From positions 1 to 57,993 of the IMG/VR virus record IMGVR_UViG_3300032330_000317: DNA of 57,993 nucleotides. One strand, given 5' to 3'. A program made the position numbers and the translations under genes. The notes below the pieces were generated by a model that saw only the letters and a list, made by a program, of their open reading frames with translations, was not told the origin of the DNA and did not search any database. The stretch comes from a virus. Its lineage: Duplodnaviria > Caudoviricetes. Within the stretch, counting starts at the first letter, position 1. Each line of letters begins with the position of its first letter. This document shows, piece by piece, positions 1 through 7,521 of the stretch.

Positions 1-123
1 GGTCAGGGGTTCGAGTCCCTTCAGGCATACCATAGGTTTAATACTTAAACCGTTCTACGGCTGGCTAAACCTCCCTTAGCCAAGCCGATTCTTTTTGTAT
101 TCTTAGGATTGTTAGGATCAACA
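1..123. repeat. Terminal direct repeat, copy 1 (identical to 57871-57993); most likely circular-assembly overlap
   Basis: Bases 1-123 (ggtcaggggt...ggatcaaca) recur exactly at the window end. The repeat starts inside the tRNA and ends inside a CDS. Confidence 0.95.
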
Positions 124-3100
124 ATCTTAAAATCATTACCAATCAAATCTCTAATATTATTAGCAGCTTTGGTTTGCTTCTTAATTAAATCCACCACATC
201 TTGATCACTCATTCCTCTTTCCCTAGATCTAGGAATTGTCTGAAGAGTCTTCAAGTTGTTGCTGAGTTCCTGCAAAGCCAGTGCTTTATCTGTAGCTCCA
301 GATCTTTCTAAAGACACTGCTAAGTTATCAATAATATTTACATTGCGTGTACTAGCTCTGGTATTTAATCCAGAGATTATTGATTGATTGCTATCTGTAA
401 CAGGTAACCAACCAGCTTTAGTTGCTGCCTTTCCACCAGTATGTCTGAACTCATTCTTAAATAAATTCTTTACAGTGTTGTAGGTTTCGTAAACATCTTT
501 AGTTTTCTCAGTTCCTTGTTTAATATTCTCAATTAAATTAAGACCGTCTTTGTCTACTTTATTTGCTAACTCAAATAGTTTATTATCTAAATGTGATGTA
601 ACTTTTTCCTGCAATCCTAGTGAAGCATATTGTTTTCTGACTTTATCAAAGTCAGTATTCATTTTAAGTTTCTCACTCTCAACAAAAGCGTCTTCAGTTT
701 CTCTATATCCTAAGTTGCGTGGAAGACCCATTGGTCTAGCTATTGTAGGATCGCCTGTAATAGTCTGAGCAATGATGTTCATATCCTTTTTATAATATGC
801 ATCTATAGGAAGATCAACTCTTCTGAATAAGTAATCAGCATAAGGAATCTCAGTGTATGAAATATTCTCTGGAACCTTTCCACCAAAAGCTGGATCTCTA
901 TAATTCAATCGAATATCACCAGTGAATGATGTAGCACCTACATCAAGTTCCATGTGTGTCTTATCACCACCAAGTGTTTGAGGATCAAAGAAACCTCTCT
1001 TAACTTTAGCAGGTGTTCTTTCTGTAATAGAACCATGAATCAATATCTTAGGTGGAGCATCTTTGTATTGCTCTCTTAAGTCATCCAGTTTCTTCTGGTA
1101 TCCCTCAGCAAACTTAGCAAAGCTTTCTACATCTGCAGGATTATCAGGATTAAATTCTTTACCTGTTTTAATTCTATAGTCACCCTGTGCTACAGCAATG
1201 GCATCCTTCTCAATACCTTCAAACATAGGCGAATCTTTGATGGTATCGAAAGCTTCCTGTCTCATAACTTTAATGCTAGATAATGTATTCTTTCTAACTT
1301 CTGCATTAGAAATACCATCAGCATTCATTTCTTTTGTTGGTCCACCAAAGCCGGGCTTATTCAAGTTCGTGCTTGCAATTGGTGTAGTGTAGATAGAAGG
1401 CTCTTCTGTTGGAAGTGCTGTGTTAATCTCTGGTAAAGGTTCTTCAACCTTAGGAGCAACAGAAGTTTCAGGCAAAGCCTCTTCCATCTGCTTAGCCACT
1501 GGAGCAGTTTCTTCTACTTGTTTAACTACTGGAGCCACCTCTTCCACTGGTTTAGATACAGAAGGACCATACTTGTTCTTGATGTATGGTGTCTTAGCAA
1601 TAGCTGTAGCAGCACCTTCTTTAACTGCAGCCACCTCAGGTTTAACCAATGCCTTAGCTGTTTGTTCAATAGCAGGAGCTACAGAATACTTAGACACAAT
1701 CTCACTCAGAGGCATAATGCTTTTCTTAAGAGCAGTCTCTGCAACTTCTCCAGCAATTTTCTTAGCAGCCAGTCCACCCAGATCCATATGGACAACGCCA
1801 CCAACAGCATACCCTGAACCAATGACATTGGTCTTTCTAGCCAAGTCAATCAGTTCTCTGTAGTCAGTCTCTGGATTTAAAGGTCTTCCATATGTTTCTT
1901 GAAAATCACCAGTGAGTGCTTTAATCTTAGCACTAGTCATCTTCTTCATTTGAGTGTCATACAAAGAAGCTCTACCCAAAGGTTTAACATCACCACCAGC
2001 AGCATAGCCGGGCAAGTCTCTCATGGCTGCAGCAATAGCCAAAGCAGAAGCGTAGTCTTTGGTTGTCTCCAAGTCCTTGCCTTGCTGTTCTTTGTATGTC
2101 TGTACCACCACACGCTTAAGTTCTGGTGGCAGTTTAGAATACTGAACTTCATACAGTCGAGGTTGCTTACCTTCTTTATATGCAGCAGCAGTAGACTTGT
2201 CTGACGCAATTTCTTTAGCTGTTGATCCTGCCCAAGAGATCAAGTTCTGCAAAGCAATCTTCTGCATGTCTTGACTTGCATCTTGATAGAAAGAAGTTTT
2301 CTTCAGGTTATCAAACTGTTCAACAACCAATGGAGCCATGATCTTACGAGCATCAGCATCAACAACTTTATCACCAGTGGTACTGAAGATCTTCTCGCCC
2401 GGTATCTTTAGTCTAGTAACCTCTGCTTCAAGCGCAGAAGGCACAGCCTTAATAGCAATACCAGTGAACATCTTCAATGGACCATTTTCATTGAAGACAG
2501 CCTTCTCTCTCAGTGGTGGTTGGTACACTGGAAGTTCTTGTTTAAGAACAGGAGTACGCTTCATCAATTGATTTATAGCTGAAGATTTAAATCCTTCTTC
2601 ACCTGCTGGAATCTGATATGCATCTCTAGGCAATGTCTCATTACGGTCAATAGCACCAATGATGTCACTGATCTGTTGGAAAGGTACTAATGCTCTACCG
2701 AAGTATTCACCAGCCCACTCACCAAAGAATGTTCTAACTTTATTCTCTGCTGTGTTTTCACCAGTCTGTGCATTGGTCTGTGCTTCAGCAAACTTATCAC
2801 CAAGCCATGAGTATGTACCTGCTGGTGCTTTAAGACCAGTCATTGCTTCTAAGAATTCTTTTGATTTGAATTCGTCTGTTCTTCCATTCTGGAATTTAAC
2901 AAGGTAATCACCCAAAGCAAGGAAAGGAGCAGCAGGGAATAGTGCTCTTGTATCTACAGTAGATCCATCTGGATTCTTAATGTTGTACCACTCAGTGTCT
3001 TGGTGGTCTTGTCTGTATTTATAAGCAGCATAAACAGCAGCAGTTCCTACAGTACCTTTAGAGAAGTTCTCTAAACCAAGGGTCAACTGTTTAGTACCCA

Positions 3101-5384
3101 TATCTGTTTCGCCTTTAGCCAGTTTTGTTAGGCCAGCAGCAATGTCTGTGCTACCAGACAACGCACCAGTAGGCATGTGTTTATATGTCCACTCCATAGC
3201 ATTAGCCATGAAACGTGGGAAAGGAATAACAGTAGAACCAATAGGACCAAGCTCTTCAACAAACTTCACAGCATGGAACATCGGTCCTTTGGTAGGCATC
3301 TTACTGAATGTGCCAGTGAGTGCTTCATTAACAGCATTCTGTAACACATCAAAAGGTACTTGCTTACCTTGTGCCAACACATCATACATGTTGATACCAA
3401 CACGGCTTAGTTGCTTTTCAACTGAAGCAGTGAACATAGCTTTACGGAAGAAAGAATCTTGTGCTACGTTCAGTGTGTTAGCAATCTGTGCTGCCTGAGA
3501 TAGTTCATTAGTACCTGCCTCACCAGCAGTCTTAACCATCTTCCTGTACAAAGATGGAGTGCTTTGCAACAAAGCTTCTGTTACATCTGCAGATAAATCT
3601 TTCTGTCCTAAATAGAAAGCAGAGCGAACAGCATCATCGTACACACCTTTAAGTCCACCAGTAAAACTACCAGTGACTGGTTTACCTGTAGCAAGTTCAC
3701 CTGCTGTCTTACCCATTCTATACAAGGCAGACTCAATAGTTTCTGAAGCTGTACCAAAAGTAACAACAGCCATACCAGAGAAGGCATTGCGAATAGTTGT
3801 AGAAAGTTGAGACACCATCAAGGCTTTCAACTCTCTATCAATACGCATACCAAAATCTTTGATACCAGAGAATGCTGAAGTGATAGCACTTCTATCACCA
3901 TACATCTTGTTGAGTTCGGCTGCAGCAGCAGGATCAATGTTCTTTAACTTGTTCTGTAATCGAGCAACTACAGACAAGCTTTGCAAAGAACGAGCAGCAT
4001 CACCAACAGATGTTCTAAACATCTTAGCAAACTCATCTGGTGTTACATCAGCAGATGCCAGTGCTCTTTCAAACACAACATCATCAAATGTATCTACAGA
4101 CTCAAGAGTACGCTTGATAGCATCAGATACTTTCTCTGTCTTCTGTGGAGCAAACTCAGGGATCTGTTTCCAAATGTCTTGAGCAATCAGTGTTGCTTTC
4201 TTATTCAGATCATTTCTAACTTCCATCTGTGCAACAGATGTAGGTTTGCCTTGATCATCAAGAAGCTTGCGTCCTTCAAAGATATCAAAGGAATCTTCCA
4301 ATGCTTTCATTGTAGGATCGGCAGCTTTAACCTCTACTGTGGGAGCTGCTGTTTGTTTCTCTACAGTGCTGGCTGCTTTATTTTTTAGAACATCATCCAG
4401 TCTTAATGACTTATTGCCTTTACCTTTAATGAAAGGTAACACACCAATAACTTCACCTGCTGCGTTCAATGTACCAGCCAAGACTGCTTGACTTGTGCTG
4501 ACACCTTCTTTAATTCTTTGGTCTAATAACTTAATTCGTTCCTGTAGTTTTTGTTGTCCTTCAGGAGAAAGTGTTTTAGGATCAATGGCTTTTGATTCAT
4601 CAAGTTGAGCTTGAAGAACATCCAAGTCTATCTTCTGTGACTGTACATTCTGTGTAGCACCGCTAGTAAAACCTACTGCAGGTGCAGCGGAGGCCACAGC
4701 AGATCCTCTAGCAGATAACAAAGCAGCCTTTGTGCCTTTCTCTGCTACCATCTTTGTCAATGGCGTGGCTACAAATTTACCAGCACCCATTGTGAACATA
4801 GTTCCGGGATCGCTGATAATGTTGGTAACAAAATCTACAAGAGGAGCCATACCTTTCTGGCCTCTATTCTGCTCATCAAAAACACCAGCAGTGTTTTTAA
4901 ACAAGTCATATACAGCACCAGCTTTTAATACAGCATCTGGTTTGGCATTGTTAAGGTAACCAAGTTCTTGATAACTATCAATAGGATTGCTATCCACTCT
5001 ACGCATGTGTGTGGCAAAGCGGTTAATGAAGTCTTCTTTAGTCTCACCTTTGCGAGGAGTGCCTTCTTCTTTACCGAACCTAGCTAAAGCATATTCTTGA
5101 ATAAGCTTGTAGTTATTATCATCTTTCCACAGAGCATCAAAAGGAATCTTCTGTGCTTCTTCTTCTCTAATCTTTGCTGCTCTTTCTGTAAGGGCAGTAG
5201 CTCTCTGACGAGGAGCAAGGAAAGCAGGTTTAGTTAAGTCTTCTGCTGGCTTCTCTACAGGCGTAGGTGCAACAGGTTGTGGTGCAGCAGGTGCAGCAGA
5301 AACAAAAGAAGAAAACTCATCTTGCTTAGGAGAAACAGAAGCCCCAGTAGGGGCTGCTGTGAAGAGGTCAAATTCATTAGCCAT
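45..5384 (-). CDS. Large internal virion/ejection protein (1779 aa) with a putative C-terminal ADP-ribosyltransferase-like domain
   Basis: Last gene of the late arm and very large, in the position of podoviral ejection proteins. It has AxGG motifs, three helical repeats, and an LIHGS...RGF...SFT...ETE pattern near the C-terminus. Confidence 0.7.
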   Translation of the reverse strand: MANEFDLFTAAPTGASVSPKQDEFSSFVSAAPAAPQPVAPTPVEKPAEDLTKPAFLAPRQRATALTERAAKIREEEAQKIPFDALWKDDNNYKLIQEYALARFGKEEGTPRKGETKEDFINRFATHMRRVDSNPIDSYQELGYLNNAKPDAVLKAGAVYDLFKNTAGVFDEQNRGQKGMAPLVDFVTNIISDPGTMFTMGAGKFVATPLTKMVAEKGTKAALLSARGSAVASAAPAVGFTSGATQNVQSQKIDLDVLQAQLDESKAIDPKTLSPEGQQKLQERIKLLDQRIKEGVSTSQAVLAGTLNAAGEVIGVLPFIKGKGNKSLRLDDVLKNKAASTVEKQTAAPTVEVKAADPTMKALEDSFDIFEGRKLLDDQGKPTSVAQMEVRNDLNKKATLIAQDIWKQIPEFAPQKTEKVSDAIKRTLESVDTFDDVVFERALASADVTPDEFAKMFRTSVGDAARSLQSLSVVARLQNKLKNIDPAAAAELNKMYGDRSAITSAFSGIKDFGMRIDRELKALMVSQLSTTIRNAFSGMAVVTFGTASETIESALYRMGKTAGELATGKPVTGSFTGGLKGVYDDAVRSAFYLGQKDLSADVTEALLQSTPSLYRKMVKTAGEAGTNELSQAAQIANTLNVAQDSFFRKAMFTASVEKQLSRVGINMYDVLAQGKQVPFDVLQNAVNEALTGTFSKMPTKGPMFHAVKFVEELGPIGSTVIPFPRFMANAMEWTYKHMPTGALSGSTDIAAGLTKLAKGETDMGTKQLTLGLENFSKGTVGTAAVYAAYKYRQDHQDTEWYNIKNPDGSTVDTRALFPAAPFLALGDYLVKFQNGRTDEFKSKEFLEAMTGLKAPAGTYSWLGDKFAEAQTNAQTGENTAENKVRTFFGEWAGEYFGRALVPFQQISDIIGAIDRNETLPRDAYQIPAGEEGFKSSAINQLMKRTPVLKQELPVYQPPLREKAVFNENGPLKMFTGIAIKAVPSALEAEVTRLKIPGEKIFSTTGDKVVDADARKIMAPLVVEQFDNLKKTSFYQDASQDMQKIALQNLISWAGSTAKEIASDKSTAAAYKEGKQPRLYEVQYSKLPPELKRVVVQTYKEQQGKDLETTKDYASALAIAAAMRDLPGYAAGGDVKPLGRASLYDTQMKKMTSAKIKALTGDFQETYGRPLNPETDYRELIDLARKTNVIGSGYAVGGVVHMDLGGLAAKKIAGEVAETALKKSIMPLSEIVSKYSVAPAIEQTAKALVKPEVAAVKEGAATAIAKTPYIKNKYGPSVSKPVEEVAPVVKQVEETAPVAKQMEEALPETSVAPKVEEPLPEINTALPTEEPSIYTTPIASTNLNKPGFGGPTKEMNADGISNAEVRKNTLSSIKVMRQEAFDTIKDSPMFEGIEKDAIAVAQGDYRIKTGKEFNPDNPADVESFAKFAEGYQKKLDDLREQYKDAPPKILIHGSITERTPAKVKRGFFDPQTLGGDKTHMELDVGATSFTGDIRLNYRDPAFGGKVPENISYTEIPYADYLFRRVDLPIDAYYKKDMNIIAQTITGDPTIARPMGLPRNLGYRETEDAFVESEKLKMNTDFDKVRKQYASLGLQEKVTSHLDNKLFELANKVDKDGLNLIENIKQGTEKTKDVYETYNTVKNLFKNEFRHTGGKAATKAGWLPVTDSNQSIISGLNTRASTRNVNIIDNLAVSLERSGATDKALALQELSNNLKTLQTIPRSRERGMSDQDVVDLIKKQTKAANNIRDLIGNDFKIVDPNNPKNTKRIGLAKGGLASRRTV

Positions 5385-5387
5385 TAA

Positions 5388-6827
5388 TTATTCCCAGTTA
5401 GTACCGTTCCACTTCTTAGTTGTACCATCTCTTGATCTGTATGTGTTACCTGCAATCAATTTACTTGTGTCTGGTTTACCTTCTGCTGTATAAGGCAGGG
5501 GTGAAGCAGCAACAGGTGTTGATCTACCACTAGGTGTTGGGACAGGAGCAGCAGAAGCAGCGGTTGCTGGAGGAGTCTCTGTAGCTACAGGAGCAGCTTG
5601 TGGTTTATTAGCCTCAATATCCTGCTGAGTCAATACATTACCACCAACCACAGGCTTACCCTCTTTAAATCCAACACCAATAGAGATCAAAGCATTCTTA
5701 TGGAATTCAGATTTAGGAGCACCATTAACAGTGAAGTCATTAACAACTTCACGATTCGCCTTAGCAATAGCAGCTCTGAATTGTTCATCACCAATACCCT
5801 TAGGTGTCATAGTAATTGTACCATCCAGACCCACTGTAGAAATAAACTTACCGGGGATAAGTTCCTCAAGTCTAGCAGCCTTAGCTCTGTTAGCAATAGT
5901 AATCCAATTGGCAGCAGATGTTCTCTCATCTGCTGGGAGAGCTTTCAAATAAACTTTACGCTGCTGTAAAATATTCTCAAGTTCTTTAGCTTTCTTATTT
6001 CCTTCTGGAGTGCCTAGTGCTTTATTCTTTTGAATATCATTAACTAAGTCACTTTGAATCTCAGGTTCTTGTTTCTTCTCAAGTCTCATCTTCTCTTGAG
6101 TGATAATCAATTTACCAAGATTAGCGTCTGCTTTCTCAATAGCAACTGGATCATTTGACATCTGAGCTTGAACATGTTCAGCCTTGAGTCTCTTCTCCAG
6201 CTTATCAAAATCTTCTGGCTTAGTTAAAGCAGATGGATCTACTCTACCCATGTTAGCAACAAAAGCAGATGCTGGTTTATAAGAAGCTACTAGGTCTTCT
6301 AAAGACACGCCAAGTTTAGCTGCTGTTTGTTTAGCAACAATAAGATTCTTTCTTGCAGTTCTTTTTTCTAAGAAAGAAGCGTCTTCAGGAGCAGCAAAGA
6401 ATTTCTCTGCATTGTCTCCAACTTCCTTTTGCAAGCGATAGATATTATCAAAGTGTTTATTGATATCAGTAGTAGGATCTACACCTTCAACCTGCTTAAT
6501 AAAACCTTTTGATGTTTTCTTAAACCACTCTGGATCATCATCCATCTTCTTAAGAATGCTTTCAGCCAGCTTAGGCTTAGAAGCAATGTTAATCAATTGG
6601 CTGTTGTCCAAAGTTCCATCAGCAAACTCAATACCTCTAAGAGAGTTAACAACCTTAGTTGCTTCTGTTCTCTGTGTATCTAGTTCTTTTTTCTTTTCTT
6701 GTCTAGCTGTATAAGCTGATTTAAGTTTCTCTTGAATATCAGCAGCATTAGCAATATCCTCTTGTTTAGTTTTCTCAGTGAATCCTTCAAGAGCACCTGC
6801 TAAAAGAGGGAGTAAAAAAGCAGCCAT
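5388..6827 (-). CDS. Internal virion/ejection protein (479 aa)
   Basis: Helical, charged body, a Pro/Ala linker and a short C-terminal domain (TYRSRDGTTKKWNGTNWE). It lies in the ejection-protein cluster. Confidence 0.6.
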   Translation of the reverse strand: MAAFLLPLLAGALEGFTEKTKQEDIANAADIQEKLKSAYTARQEKKKELDTQRTEATKVVNSLRGIEFADGTLDNSQLINIASKPKLAESILKKMDDDPEWFKKTSKGFIKQVEGVDPTTDINKHFDNIYRLQKEVGDNAEKFFAAPEDASFLEKRTARKNLIVAKQTAAKLGVSLEDLVASYKPASAFVANMGRVDPSALTKPEDFDKLEKRLKAEHVQAQMSNDPVAIEKADANLGKLIITQEKMRLEKKQEPEIQSDLVNDIQKNKALGTPEGNKKAKELENILQQRKVYLKALPADERTSAANWITIANRAKAARLEELIPGKFISTVGLDGTITMTPKGIGDEQFRAAIAKANREVVNDFTVNGAPKSEFHKNALISIGVGFKEGKPVVGGNVLTQQDIEANKPQAAPVATETPPATAASAAPVPTPSGRSTPVAASPLPYTAEGKPDTSKLIAGNTYRSRDGTTKKWNGTNWE

Positions 6828-7321
6828 TACATATTTCCTTTAGACATCAAACCTTTACTGGAGCTTGCTAGTGATTTAATAGCCTCTTCAGTTTTCACTT
6901 CTGAATCTTTCTCTTCTGTGCTATTAACAACTTTCTCCACAATACTTCTATCAAGTACCTTACCTTTAAGTTCATCTTCTGCTGTAATATAATATTTAAT
7001 ATTATTTAATTCAGCTAGAGTGATAAGCAGTTCTACAATGATAGGCATCACCAAGAAGCCTACGTCAATCGTATGAATACCCTTCATCATATTGTAACTG
7101 ATAGCACCATTAGCTAGTGTCTGAAGAGGAACACCCATCTCAATAGCATCAAGTGATTTATCGATGGCATCATCATCACTAGTAAGCTTATCAATATAGA
7201 AGTCAGCTACTTGTTGAATAGTTGTATATTGTGGGGGCTGTTCCCAAGGAACACTGCCCGGCTCCACTGTCAAAGACATACCGGGAATAGGAGCTGACAA
7301 GAAATCTTCAGGCTTTACCAT
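6827..7321 (-). CDS. Conserved hypothetical virion-associated protein
   Basis: 164 aa ORF translationally coupled to its neighbours, with an APIPGMSLT...PWEQPP motif and a C-terminal KGLMSK tail. Confidence 0.6.
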   Translation of the reverse strand: MVKPEDFLSAPIPGMSLTVEPGSVPWEQPPQYTTIQQVADFYIDKLTSDDDAIDKSLDAIEMGVPLQTLANGAISYNMMKGIHTIDVGFLVMPIIVELLITLAELNNIKYYITAEDELKGKVLDRSIVEKVVNSTEEKDSEVKTEEAIKSLASSSKGLMSKGNM

Positions 7322-7520
7322 TTAAAAGCTCCTTCTTTTGCTTACGAATAATCTCAACATATCTAGCTACTTGTTGTTCAGCAGACATCTTACCTTCTTG
7401 TGCTGGTGCTTTCTTCATGGGACGTTGAACAATACCCTTTGATACTTCTTTAGTAGGCTCTGGTGTACTCTTATCCACCAAACTATTAATCCTACTATAG
7501 TACTTCTTAAAGTTCTTCAT
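7308..7520 (-). CDS. Small basic hypothetical protein (70 aa)
   Basis: ATG at 7520 after GGAG; fills the gap between coupled genes. Confidence 0.55.
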   Translation of the reverse strand: MKNFKKYYSRINSLVDKSTPEPTKEVSKGIVQRPMKKAPAQEGKMSAEQQVARYVEIIRKQKKELLNGKA

Positions 7521-7521
7521 A

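Noticed and set aside
1-123. Terminal repeat starting in the tRNA 3' half read as attL/attR of a prophage or as a true terminal repeat
   Set aside because: The repeat extends into a phage CDS, no host sequence flanks it, and it cuts through genes. A circular assembly overlap is the simplest explanation.
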